Assembly (NCBI GenBank): GCA_963675245.1
Contig: OY775910.1
Location: 1,376,001 to 1,440,000, forward strand
DNA from: Acholeplasmataceae bacterium
GTDB lineage: Bacteria > Bacillota_I > Bacilli_A > Acholeplasmatales > Acholeplasmataceae
Length of the DNA stretch: 64,000 nucleotides
Direction of reading: 5' to 3'
Every line of letters starts with the position of its first letter. Within the stretch, counting starts at the first letter, position 1. The translations under genes were made by a program, and so were the position numbers. The notes below the pieces were generated by a model that had not been told where the DNA came from, did not search any database, and saw only the letters and a program-made list of their open reading frames with translations. Positions 10,353-20,203 of this stretch are shown piece by piece.

Positions 10353-10775
10353 ATGAAAAAAGTTATCGTTGGCTATGTGTGTGTTCATAACAGTTGCAGA
10401 AGCCAAATGGCAGAAGCATTAACAAAAAAATATTACGGTGATTTCTTTGAAGTCTACAGTGGTGGCACTGAAACAAAACCACAAATCAACCAAGATGCCG
10501 TTAAGACTATTTTGACTTATCATGATATTGATATGAATCAAACGCAACGTTCAAAATTGATTGATGAATTACCACCACAACTCGACGTTTTGGTGACGAT
10601 GGGGTGTGCTGTTGAATGTCCTTTTATACCCACAAAACATAGAGAAGACTGGGGATTAGATGATCCTACAGGACATCCAGAGCAGGCATTTGTTGATACA
10701 ATGCATCTGATTGAAGATAAGATTAAAAATCTAAAAAAACGTATTGAAAATAAAGAAATTAATTTAGATGAATAA
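10353..10775 (+). CDS. arsC: thioredoxin-type arsenate reductase / LMW phosphatase family
   Basis: CVHNSCRSQMAE P-loop, MGCAVECP, DWGLDDP. Confidence 0.8.
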   Translation: MKKVIVGYVCVHNSCRSQMAEALTKKYYGDFFEVYSGGTETKPQINQDAVKTILTYHDIDMNQTQRSKLIDELPPQLDVLVTMGCAVECPFIPTKHREDWGLDDPTGHPEQAFVDTMHLIEDKIKNLKKRIENKEINLDE

Positions 10776-10844
10776 GGCGATAAAATCGCCTTTTCTTTTA
10801 TGATATAATGTGTGTATACATAAAAAAGAAAAGAGGTAATTCTT

Positions 10845-11804
10845 ATGAAAGATCTCATCATTATAGGTGCTGGACCAGTTGGCTTATATGCTGGATTTTG
10901 TGCGGGATTAAGAAAGCTTGACGCGATGATTTTAGAATCATCATATGAAACAGGAGGGCAACTTTCTTTATATCAAGAAAAAGATATTTTAGATGTCCCT
11001 GGATTTACAAGTATTAAAGCAAAAGATTTAGGACAAGCATTACTTAAACAATACAAGACTTATGAAAAAGATGTGCCATTACACATTGGTGAAGATGTCT
11101 TAGAAATTCAAAAAACAGAAACACATTTTGAAGTAAAAACAGATAAGGGTAACTACCAATCCAAAAAGATTTTAATCGCTAATGGTGGTGGTAAGTTTTC
11201 ACCTCGTCTCGTTGAAGGGTTAGAAGCTTCAAATTTGTATTATCATATTTATAAAGTCAGTGAATTTCATGGTCAAAATGTCGCGGTTCTAGGTGGTGGT
11301 GATTCGGCTGTTGATTGGGCAATCGCGCTACTTGAAGAAGCGAAATCTGTGACCTTGATTCATCGTAGAGAAGAATTTAGAGCACATCAATCCTCACTGG
11401 ATATCTTTAAACAACGTGGTGGTAAGATTATCACCAATCATATCGTATGGGAATACGTGATGGACGAACGTCATATCACGTCATTAAAGCTTATGTGTAA
11501 TGCCGATGAGTGTGTTAGAGCAATTAAGGTTGATGCTGTATGTGTTTTTTTTGGGCTTGCGAAAACAAAAGTAAATTATGCACCATGGCAAGTTGAATTT
11601 GACCACAAAGGTATTCGTGTTAATCAAGAGATGGAGTCATCTATTAAAGGTATTTACGCAGTTGGTAATGCAGCATCTTATGAGGGTAAGCAAGATATGC
11701 TTACCAGTGGGTTTGGAGAGGTTGTTACGGCAATAGGTGCGATTAATTTCGCGATTCATCCTGAACAAAAAGTACCGAGATACTCTTCAATGTTGAAGAA
11801 ATAG
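10845..11804 (+). CDS. thioredoxin-reductase-like ferredoxin--NADP+ reductase (YumC-like)
   Basis: GAGPVG, GGQL, GGGDSAVDWA, HRREEFRAH; no active-site CxxC before the NADP motif. Confidence 0.8.
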   Translation: MKDLIIIGAGPVGLYAGFCAGLRKLDAMILESSYETGGQLSLYQEKDILDVPGFTSIKAKDLGQALLKQYKTYEKDVPLHIGEDVLEIQKTETHFEVKTDKGNYQSKKILIANGGGKFSPRLVEGLEASNLYYHIYKVSEFHGQNVAVLGGGDSAVDWAIALLEEAKSVTLIHRREEFRAHQSSLDIFKQRGGKIITNHIVWEYVMDERHITSLKLMCNADECVRAIKVDAVCVFFGLAKTKVNYAPWQVEFDHKGIRVNQEMESSIKGIYAVGNAASYEGKQDMLTSGFGEVVTAIGAINFAIHPEQKVPRYSSMLKK

Positions 11805-11813
11805 AGGGTTATT

Positions 11814-12377
11814 ATGTGGGACATTATTGTTAATTTTTTTACAGCTGCACCATGGTGGGAATTGTTACTTATATTTTTTGCTAAGCTGGTTGAAGTAACC
11901 ATTGGTACGATGCGCATTATTCTCATATCTAAAGGTTATCGTAAGCCGGGTACGATTTTAGCTATTTTCGAGATTTTATTATGGGTCTTTGTTGCATCAT
12001 CAGTGATTAGTGGTATTTTAGAAGCACCTATTAAAGGGGTTGTTTATTCACTTGGTTTTGCAGTTGGTGTTTATATTGGGTCTTTAATTGAAGGAAGACT
12101 TGCGATTGGTCGTATGATTATTCATGTCATTACATCTGTTAAAAATGCACCTTTAATCACGAGTGTCCTAAGAGAACAAGGACATGGGGTTACTGAAATC
12201 AACGCGAAAGGTAAACAATCTGATCGCATAGTATTGTTGTTATTTGTGAACCGTAAAAATAGACCAATTGTCATGAAATTAATTGAAGAGACAGATCCTA
12301 AAGCTGTTATAGCAGCAAATGAAGTCTCATTAATTCAAGGTGGCTTTGTCAGTCCTTGGCGAAAACTCGCAAAATAA
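11814..12377 (+). CDS. UPF0316 / DUF2179-type membrane protein
   Basis: VTIGTMRII, FEILLW, GFAVGVYIG, GHGVT, DPKAVI. Confidence 0.75.
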   Translation: MWDIIVNFFTAAPWWELLLIFFAKLVEVTIGTMRIILISKGYRKPGTILAIFEILLWVFVASSVISGILEAPIKGVVYSLGFAVGVYIGSLIEGRLAIGRMIIHVITSVKNAPLITSVLREQGHGVTEINAKGKQSDRIVLLLFVNRKNRPIVMKLIEETDPKAVIAANEVSLIQGGFVSPWRKLAK

Positions 12378-12432
12378 TGATTGTAAGTTTTGGTTGCATT
12401 AATTAAATAAATATGTATAATAAATAGTGCAT

Positions 12433-12507
12433 GGAGTTATAGCTCAGCGGGAGAGCACCTGCTTGACGTGCAGGGGGTCGTGGGTTCAATCCCCTCTAAC
12501 TCCACCA
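12433..12507 (+). tRNA. tRNA-Val (GAC)
   Basis: Acceptor GGAGTTA/TAACTCC + ACCA; anticodon arm CCTGC-TTGACGT-GCAGG; T-loop TTCAATC; terminator follows. Confidence 0.95.
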
Positions 12508-12598
12508 TGCACATATGTAAAACCTATGCAAATAGGTTTTTTCTTTCCATCTCTTCAGGGTTATAAGATTATGGCGTATTGTTAGAAAAAGGTGAATT

Positions 12599-13987
12599 AT
12601 GAATCAAGAACGTGAGCAGATGCTTGGTACTTTGAATGTAAAAAAATTGTTATTTAAACTTTCCGTTCCTGCAACATTTGGTATGGTTTTTAATGCTTTA
12701 TATAATTTGGTTGACACGATATTTGTTGCACGTGGTGTGAATGAATTAGCTATTGGTGCGCTAACATTCGCCTTCCCTGTACAAATGATTTTACTAGCAA
12801 TCGGATTAATGATTGGTATTGGTTCTGCATCGGTATATAGTCGTGCTTTTGGCAGAAAAGACTATGGAAAAATGGATAAAGCGGTAAATACAGCATTAGG
12901 TATCGATATTATTTTGGCTGGTATTATCATGCTTTTAGGTTATATCTTTTTAGATGATTTATTAAGATTCTTTGGTGCAACCGATATCAATATAGGTTAT
13001 GGTCGAGATTATTTAAGCATTATTTTATTAGGTTTATTACCTATGACATTATCGATGGTTTTAAACAATCTTAGTCGCGCTGAAGGAAGACCTCAAGTCG
13101 CGATGATTACGATGATCATCGGTGCAGGTTTGAATATCATATTAGATCCTATCTTTATTTTTGGATTTGGTATGGGTGTACAAGGCGCAGCTATAGCAAC
13201 TGTGATTGCACAAACTATGGCGTTTATATTCATTTTCACGACAACTTATGGCAAAAAATCATTATTGAAGATTCATATAACTCATTTCTTTAAATTCGAT
13301 TTTCCACTCATACGTGAAACCTTAAGTGTTGGTTTTCCAACATTCTTAAGAAACGCAACTGCTGCTGTATTAGTGATTATTATTAATCGTCTTATAAATC
13401 GATATGTAGCCGTTGATCCGGCATTAACGATATCGATTTATGGCATCATTAATCGCGTCATTAATTTCACGTTTATGCCTGCCTTTGGAATCATTCAGGG
13501 ATTGACACCAATAGTAAGTTATAATTATGGTGCGAAAAACTATAAGCGTCTAAAGGAAGCTATCACATTCGCAACTGAATTAATTGTTATTTATTTCATA
13601 TTAGGATTTGTGTTCGTCATGACTTTAGCACCTCAGATATTCTCGATTTTCTCTGAATCTAATAATCAAACCTTTATTAGTGACGGAGCACAGGCAATCA
13701 GAATCATATCAATTGGATTCTTATTGGTCGGTTTCCAAGTCATTGTTAGTTCTGTTATGCAAGCATTCGGATATCCTATAAGGGCACTTATTGTAACGAT
13801 ATCAAGACAGGTGATTTTCTTCATACCATTCGTTTATATTTTAACTGCCTTGTATGGCTCTGTAGGTATTTGGATTGCATTTCCTGCCGCTGATATCTTG
13901 GCAGGCATTGTAGGACTAGTGATATTAATATTAGAAATGAAACATATTCATAATAAATCGTTAGAAGAACATATCGCGTTCGCATAA
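12599..13987 (+). CDS. MATE family efflux transporter (MepA-like)
   Basis: ALYNLVDTIFV, NIILDPIFIFGFGMGVQGAAIATVIAQ, YNYGAK. Confidence 0.9.
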   Translation: MNQEREQMLGTLNVKKLLFKLSVPATFGMVFNALYNLVDTIFVARGVNELAIGALTFAFPVQMILLAIGLMIGIGSASVYSRAFGRKDYGKMDKAVNTALGIDIILAGIIMLLGYIFLDDLLRFFGATDINIGYGRDYLSIILLGLLPMTLSMVLNNLSRAEGRPQVAMITMIIGAGLNIILDPIFIFGFGMGVQGAAIATVIAQTMAFIFIFTTTYGKKSLLKIHITHFFKFDFPLIRETLSVGFPTFLRNATAAVLVIIINRLINRYVAVDPALTISIYGIINRVINFTFMPAFGIIQGLTPIVSYNYGAKNYKRLKEAITFATELIVIYFILGFVFVMTLAPQIFSIFSESNNQTFISDGAQAIRIISIGFLLVGFQVIVSSVMQAFGYPIRALIVTISRQVIFFIPFVYILTALYGSVGIWIAFPAADILAGIVGLVILILEMKHIHNKSLEEHIAFA

Positions 13988-13997
13988 AAAAAAGGCT

Positions 13998-14321
13998 TTA
14001 AGCCTCTTCAACCCAATTTTGACTCCATTGATCAATGGCATCCATGACTGGTTTAAGAGCATAGCCTTTTTTTGTTAATGCATATTCAACCCGAACCGGT
14101 ACTTCAGCATACACCGTACGCGTTATGATATCTTCAGCTTCTAATTCTTTTAAACGTTCAGAGAGAACTTTTCCACTCACTTGGATTTCTGATTCCAATA
14201 AACTAAATCGCTTAGCACCTTCCATCAGTTGATTAATGATTAGTCCAACCCAACGTTTGGATAATAATGTGCTTGCTTTTTCAAATTTGACACAAATAAC
14301 AGGTTCCACCATCGTCATCAC
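13998..14321 (-). CDS. HxlR-family winged-helix regulator
   Basis: N-terminal Cys, KRW, RF, LSERLKELE, VPVRVEYALT. Confidence 0.9.
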   Translation of the reverse strand: MMTMVEPVICVKFEKASTLLSKRWVGLIINQLMEGAKRFSLLESEIQVSGKVLSERLKELEAEDIITRTVYAEVPVRVEYALTKKGYALKPVMDAIDQWSQNWVEEA

Positions 14322-14422
14322 CTCTTATATTTATCTTAGCATAAAACTTTTTATAAGCAAATGATTTTACATTATCAAGTAACAAATATATAATAGGTTA
14401 CGTAAAGTAAGTAAAGGAGGTC

Positions 14423-14965
14423 ATGATGATGACAAACACTTTAAAAATAGGTATTATATTAGGTTCAACAAGAGAAGGACGTGTTTCACCACAAGTTGGT
14501 GAGTGGGTTAAAGAACAAAGTTTAACACGCGATGCATCATATGAAGTTGTCGATATTAGAGATTTCAATCTTCCATTATTGGGTGAAGATGGTGATCTAT
14601 CAGGAACTAAAAAGTGGCAAGCTAAAATTGCTGAATTAGACGGTTATATATTCATTACTCAAGAATATAATCATGGATTAGCTGCATCATTAAAGAATGC
14701 GCTTGATTACTTGACTAGTGAATGGAACAATAAAGCAGCAGGCATCGTCTCATATGGTTCAATTGGTGGCGCAAGAGCAGCAGAACACTTAAGAGGTGTA
14801 TTAGGAGAATTGCAAGTAGCTGATGTTCGTACTCAAGTATTGCTCTCTTTATTCACTGATTTTGATAATGGGGCATTTAAACCACAAGATTTACACTTAA
14901 CCAATTTAAACACATTATTTGATCAAGTTGAAACATGGGCAACTGCTCTAAAAGCAATTCGCTAA
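14423..14965 (+). CDS. NADPH-dependent FMN reductase
   Basis: GSTREGRVS, EYNHG, LKNALDY; divergent from the HxlR regulator. Confidence 0.9.
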   Translation: MMMTNTLKIGIILGSTREGRVSPQVGEWVKEQSLTRDASYEVVDIRDFNLPLLGEDGDLSGTKKWQAKIAELDGYIFITQEYNHGLAASLKNALDYLTSEWNNKAAGIVSYGSIGGARAAEHLRGVLGELQVADVRTQVLLSLFTDFDNGAFKPQDLHLTNLNTLFDQVETWATALKAIR

Positions 14966-15066
14966 TAACATCTTTATAGATGATTATGATAGCACTCGTT
15001 AGTTAATACTAACGGGTTTTGTTTTTTATATTGACATGTAAATGATAAGTGCTATAATGATTTAGT

Positions 15067-16479
15067 ATGGAAAACACTATAACAAAAGATGAGAAGAAAC
15101 GTCGGTTAATATTATATGATAAGAATATTTATAAAGGTCTTATCATCATGGCATTACCGCTCATGCTTAACAATTTTATAAAGACGATTCATGACATTAT
15201 TGACATGTTTTTCGTCGGTCGAATACCTGGTTCTGGCATTGAAGCGATTAATTCAATTCAACTGACATTTCCTGTCTTTTTTACATTCATTTCTCTGGGT
15301 ATTGGGTTATCAGCAGCAGGGACAGCAATTGTTAGTCAACTTGTAGGTGCGGGTCAAATGGAAAAAGCGAAACAATATGCTGGAAATTTACTTATTATCG
15401 CGATTGTATTAGGCGTATTACTCAATGTGTTCGCTTTCTTTGTTGGTCCTGAAATCATGCGTTTAATGGGTGCAGAAGGTTTTGTATTGCAAGAAAGCTC
15501 TACATATATTAGAATTAGATCATTTGAATTAATATTTGTCTTCTTATTCTTCGCGTTTACTGCCATCAGACAAGCCAGTGGTGATACAGTGACTGCGGTC
15601 ATCTATGGTGTCATTACAGTCATTGTTAATATCGTTTTATCACCAACACTTATTCAAGTGTTTCATATGGGTGTATCTGGTGCGGCTTACGCGACATTAG
15701 CAGCGAATATTTTAATCGTTCCATTCTTTGCTAGACAATTATTTGTGAATAAAACAGGCATTACAATCACTATATCGGATCTAAAAACAAGATGGGACCA
15801 AACAAGAGAGTTGATTAGAACAGCTATACCTGCATCACTTGGTCAATCAATTACGGCAATTGGATTTATCATTATTAATACGATTATTTATACGTTTGGC
15901 GATCAAGTATTAGCAGCCTTTACAGTCGGTAATAGAATCAATTCTATGATTCTACATCCTGTTATGGCAATTGGTGGTGTTGTTGCTGCTTATATTGGTC
16001 AAAATATTGGTAATAATAACCCTCAAAGAGCACGTGAAACATTCAAGAAAGCCATGATATTATCAGTAGGAATTTCAGTCTTTTTTACGGTCTTATTCAT
16101 GTTTCTTAGAACACCGCTAGTATCGATCTTTTTAAAAGAAGATCCAGAAGCCGTTAAACTAGCTTCCCAATATATGATCTATGTTTTATCAAGTATTCCT
16201 TTAATGGCAATTTTTCAGACATTTGTTGGTACATTTAATGGGAATGGAAGAACTGGATTTACATTCTTAATATCGATAACGAGATTATGGGTTTTACGCA
16301 TTCCTATTGTCTTATTATTTACCTATGTTACACAGATTGGTGCTTCTGGAATTTGGATCGCGATGACGATTTCAAATGTCGTGATTACAATTCCAGGAAT
16401 TATTCTTTATAAGCAGTTGAAGTTCTCACCAGTCGTTAAAACATTACGGACACGTGAACCACTTGAAAAAGTGGTATAA
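15067..16479 (+). CDS. MATE family efflux transporter
   Basis: IIDMFFVG, MGVSGAAYAT, GQNIG; about 12 TM. Confidence 0.88.
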   Translation: MENTITKDEKKRRLILYDKNIYKGLIIMALPLMLNNFIKTIHDIIDMFFVGRIPGSGIEAINSIQLTFPVFFTFISLGIGLSAAGTAIVSQLVGAGQMEKAKQYAGNLLIIAIVLGVLLNVFAFFVGPEIMRLMGAEGFVLQESSTYIRIRSFELIFVFLFFAFTAIRQASGDTVTAVIYGVITVIVNIVLSPTLIQVFHMGVSGAAYATLAANILIVPFFARQLFVNKTGITITISDLKTRWDQTRELIRTAIPASLGQSITAIGFIIINTIIYTFGDQVLAAFTVGNRINSMILHPVMAIGGVVAAYIGQNIGNNNPQRARETFKKAMILSVGISVFFTVLFMFLRTPLVSIFLKEDPEAVKLASQYMIYVLSSIPLMAIFQTFVGTFNGNGRTGFTFLISITRLWVLRIPIVLLFTYVTQIGASGIWIAMTISNVVITIPGIILYKQLKFSPVVKTLRTREPLEKVV

Positions 16480-16497
16480 TCATCTTGGTGATAAGAC

Positions 16498-17025
16498 ATG
16501 AAAGAGAAACTTAAAAAAGCGAATACTATCTATAAAGGATCATTCATGAACGTCTATGAAGATGAGGTTATACTACCTGATAAAAAACTCGGAAAACGGC
16601 TTTATATAGGTCATCCTGGTGGTTCAGGTGTGCTTGCTATTACACCTGATGATAAGGTCATCTTAGTCAAACAATATCGATACGCAATTAAATCATATTT
16701 GATTGAAATACCTGCTGGAAAACATGATGCAAATGATGATCCATTTTTAACGGCTAAAAGAGAATTGGCTGAAGAGACAGGTTATACATCTGATGATATA
16801 TCTTATCTGACTGCGATTTATCCAACACCTGGTTATTCAGGTGAAATTATTACGATTTATCTTGCCAAAAACGCTTATTTGATGACCGAAAAAATCAAAG
16901 GCGATGACGATGAATTTATTACAGTTATGTGCTATGATAAAGCACAAGTCAATATGTTAATATCTTCAAATGAAGTCATTGATTCTAAGACGTTAATTGC
17001 ATTACAAATGTTTATGAATATGTAG
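16498..17025 (+). CDS. nudF: NUDIX hydrolase, ADP-ribose pyrophosphatase-like
   Basis: QYRY, EIPAG...AKRELAEETGY Nudix box, PGYS, DDDEFI. Confidence 0.8.
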   Translation: MKEKLKKANTIYKGSFMNVYEDEVILPDKKLGKRLYIGHPGGSGVLAITPDDKVILVKQYRYAIKSYLIEIPAGKHDANDDPFLTAKRELAEETGYTSDDISYLTAIYPTPGYSGEIITIYLAKNAYLMTEKIKGDDDEFITVMCYDKAQVNMLISSNEVIDSKTLIALQMFMNM

Positions 17026-17033
17026 GTGACAAG

Positions 17034-17492
17034 ATGATTGGATATTATAAAAGTCATATAGGTTATATCAAATATAGTTATGAAGGTCATACCATTTCTA
17101 GTATGTCATTTGTTGATGAAATACCACGTGAAATCACGTCAAATGATCTAATTAATCAATCCTTAGAGGCTTATTTTAATGGCATACAAAAAACGTTTAA
17201 TTTTTCCTATGATTTTACTGGATTTACTGCATTTCAAATAGATGTCTTTAAAGCTATGCTAAACATTCCTTTTGGCGAAACCAGAAGCTATGCACAAATT
17301 GCTAAAGCGATTGGTCGACCAAAAGCATTTCGAGCAGTAGGTCAAGCATGTAAAAGAAATCCAGTTGGTATAATGGTACCTTGTCATCGTGTGATTGGTA
17401 GTGACCACTCATTAACTGGTTACTCAGGAAAAGATTATATACATGTGAAAAAAATGTTGCTCGATTTAGAAAAAAAATATAGCACGACTTAA
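17034..17492 (+). CDS. ogt: methylated-DNA--protein-cysteine methyltransferase
   Basis: IPFGETRSY, RAVGQAC, PCHRV active site. Confidence 0.9.
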   Translation: MIGYYKSHIGYIKYSYEGHTISSMSFVDEIPREITSNDLINQSLEAYFNGIQKTFNFSYDFTGFTAFQIDVFKAMLNIPFGETRSYAQIAKAIGRPKAFRAVGQACKRNPVGIMVPCHRVIGSDHSLTGYSGKDYIHVKKMLLDLEKKYSTT

Positions 17493-17505
17493 TAATATAT
17501 TATTA

Positions 17506-17531
17506 ACGGTCTTCGGACCGTCTTTTTTTTA
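17506..17531 (+). terminator. intrinsic terminator
   Basis: ACGGTC-TTCG-GACCGT plus T-run. Confidence 0.85.
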
Positions 17532-17623
17532 TATAAATAAGATTGAATTGACTTTTTTTTAAAGAACTTGTGTGATATATTTAAGATGTAATCGTTTCAA
17601 TCAGGTCGAGAAGGATCGTTTCA

Positions 17624-20203
17624 ATGAAGAAGTTCACTTGGAAACTCGCTATCACGGTCGTTGTTGCGTACTTGTTATTGACATCCGTTGTCTTATTGTC
17701 CTATACATTCATTTCGAATGGCTTTATTATGGGACAAGCAGAACAAGAACTCTCAACGATAGGAGAAGAAATTGCAAATTCCTTTTCGCTCCAAGTCACC
17801 TATGACTACAATCGCTTTGTCGATGAAATTGAGTCATTAGATGACCCACTAAATGAGTTTGTTCCTGCAAGCTTTTCTTTACTTAGTCAGAACATGCTTG
17901 GTTTTGGGCAAATCGTGGATCGTGAAGCAACTATTGGCGAAGATGTTTATACATACGATGCCAGTTTTTATAATTTAGATTTCCAACAAAACGTCGCCAT
18001 CTATAGATTTAGTGACGCTTTTTCAATGTGGACTGATGATACGAACCTCATGGTATTCAATTACAATAACTATATTGGCTATTTTGAGGCATCCAGTTAT
18101 CTACAAACATTTTTCTCAGGCAATAATATTGTATATGACTTCTATGTGATCGGGGCAGATTCCAGATTATACTATGATCATGTAAATACAACATATGAAC
18201 GATTTACAACGATTTTTAGAAATGAAGGTTATTCTGAGGCTTATCTAGCTGAAATGACAGGTATTCTTTCAAATGGTGAATCAGGTGTAATGCAATCTGA
18301 ATTATATGATTCAGCACAGCTTATATCATTTACACCCATTTCAATTTCGCTTAGTCAGATGACAAAACCACTTTATTTTGCAATCATGTATGAACGAACT
18401 GATGTGATTGCAACTGTCTCAACATTGAGTAATTTATTATGGGCAGTATTTGCAGTTATATTTGTTATTTTCTCTGTAACGATTGTAGTGATTTACCGTG
18501 TTCTTGCATCACGTATTGAAGATATTGATAATGCGAGACTCGCGTTATATTATGCAAAACCTTATATCATTAAAATTAGTAAAAAGGGTAAAATTAAGGG
18601 CTATAACAGAACATTTAGAAATTTTTTAGGTGATTTTGATATTTATGATGATGTAAGAGATTTTAAAGTCAAGAATGTCATTAACAAGGAAAGTATCTTA
18701 GAAATGGCAAGACGTCAACAATCCATGACGTTCTTATTTGAAATTGATAATGACGAAAAATATATCCTTTTTATTCCGACACGTACAACAGGTGGCATTC
18801 TTTTAATTGGTAGTGACACAACACATATTGAAGGACGTTTTGATCAATATCGTAGACTAGCATTAATGAATAGTGTTACAAATCTTCCCAATCAAAATCA
18901 ATTGATGCAAGACTTAGATGACATGTTAGATGATCCTGAAAGAGCACATCTAAACAATTCACTTATCACCTTTGATATCGTTAACTTCTCAAAAATTAAG
19001 CTTATTTTAGGACAACGCTCATCTGATCGTTTCCTTTCACTTGTTTCGGAAATGATTAATTCATCACTAGATGGTTATCCATCAACCTTATATAATATTG
19101 AAGCAGATCACTTTGTCGTCTTACTTCAAAATATTGAAACATATAAATGGACGGATCGTTGGATCGATAAAGTCATGCAAGTCTTTGATAAACCAGTAAC
19201 GATTGAGCGTAACTTCTTAAACGTTGAATTCAATTTTGGTATTTTTAATATTGAATATGATCGTTATGAGATTTTAAATAATTATGTATGTTATGAAAAT
19301 ATAATGCTTGCACATAAACATAGTAAGGATTCTACAAGATATAATAAATTCACATACGATGTATCACTATCCATCATCGCATCAAGAGAACACAAGATGG
19401 AACTTGATCTTGCTAATGCGATTAAGAAAAATGAATTTAAAATGGTATTACAAGCGCAACTTAACAATCAGACAAATAAGATTGTTGGTTTTGAAGCATT
19501 GATTAGATGGACAAATCCATCTTATGGTAATGAATCACCACTAAAATTTATTAAAATGGCAGAACAAAACGGTATGATTATCGATATCGGTCGCATTGCC
19601 CTTCATGAAACATTTACAATTGCTAAAGAAATGGAACCATATAATATCACAATTTCACTTAATATATCACCAGTTCAAATGCTTCAGGCAGGATTTGTTA
19701 ATGATTTAATCACAATCTTTGAACAATACGATTTAAAGAAAGGGTCAATTGCATTAGAAATTACCGAAACATTCTTAATTGATTCATTTGAACTTGTCAT
19801 TAACAAATTAAATCTATTAAAAAGACATGGTTTCCATATTCATTTAGATGATTTTGGAACAGGGTATTCATCACTTCAATACTTAAGAGATTTACCAATC
19901 AATGCACTCAAAATTGACAAGACGTTCGTCGACGAAGTAGAAACAGATGCCCATGCAAGAGCCATTGTAAGCATGATGTCTGACCTCGCTAAAAATATTG
20001 AACTTGACGTTATCGCAGAAGGTGTTGAAACAGCGAGGCAGAACTTTATTATCAAAAAAGCAAACTGTCATATCATTCAAGGATATCTAGTTTCAAAACC
20101 AGTTGATAAACAAGTTGCAATCGAACTCCTCAAGGCTTATAATATAGACCATACAGCAGATGTAAGTGCACTTTTACCTAAGGCAAAGGAGGGAAGAAAA
20201 TGA
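17624..20203 (+). CDS. membrane sensor with degenerate GGDEF and intact EAL domain (probable c-di-GMP phosphodiesterase)
   Basis: Two TMs flanking an extracellular region; GGDEF site reads EADHF; EAL motifs FEALIRW, EITE, DDFGTGYSS, KIDK, AEGVET, QGY. Confidence 0.88.
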   Translation: MKKFTWKLAITVVVAYLLLTSVVLLSYTFISNGFIMGQAEQELSTIGEEIANSFSLQVTYDYNRFVDEIESLDDPLNEFVPASFSLLSQNMLGFGQIVDREATIGEDVYTYDASFYNLDFQQNVAIYRFSDAFSMWTDDTNLMVFNYNNYIGYFEASSYLQTFFSGNNIVYDFYVIGADSRLYYDHVNTTYERFTTIFRNEGYSEAYLAEMTGILSNGESGVMQSELYDSAQLISFTPISISLSQMTKPLYFAIMYERTDVIATVSTLSNLLWAVFAVIFVIFSVTIVVIYRVLASRIEDIDNARLALYYAKPYIIKISKKGKIKGYNRTFRNFLGDFDIYDDVRDFKVKNVINKESILEMARRQQSMTFLFEIDNDEKYILFIPTRTTGGILLIGSDTTHIEGRFDQYRRLALMNSVTNLPNQNQLMQDLDDMLDDPERAHLNNSLITFDIVNFSKIKLILGQRSSDRFLSLVSEMINSSLDGYPSTLYNIEADHFVVLLQNIETYKWTDRWIDKVMQVFDKPVTIERNFLNVEFNFGIFNIEYDRYEILNNYVCYENIMLAHKHSKDSTRYNKFTYDVSLSIIASREHKMELDLANAIKKNEFKMVLQAQLNNQTNKIVGFEALIRWTNPSYGNESPLKFIKMAEQNGMIIDIGRIALHETFTIAKEMEPYNITISLNISPVQMLQAGFVNDLITIFEQYDLKKGSIALEITETFLIDSFELVINKLNLLKRHGFHIHLDDFGTGYSSLQYLRDLPINALKIDKTFVDEVETDAHARAIVSMMSDLAKNIELDVIAEGVETARQNFIIKKANCHIIQGYLVSKPVDKQVAIELLKAYNIDHTADVSALLPKAKEGRK

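Noticed and set aside
12433..12600. tRNA-Val as an integration site
   Set aside because: Followed directly by a terminator and an ordinary MATE gene; no integrase or att repeat seen
14322..14422. TTAC-Nx-GTAA inverted repeats between the HxlR regulator and FMN reductase
   Set aside because: Plausible operators but arms are only 4 bp with inconsistent spacing in AT-rich DNA; the gene arrangement is ordinary
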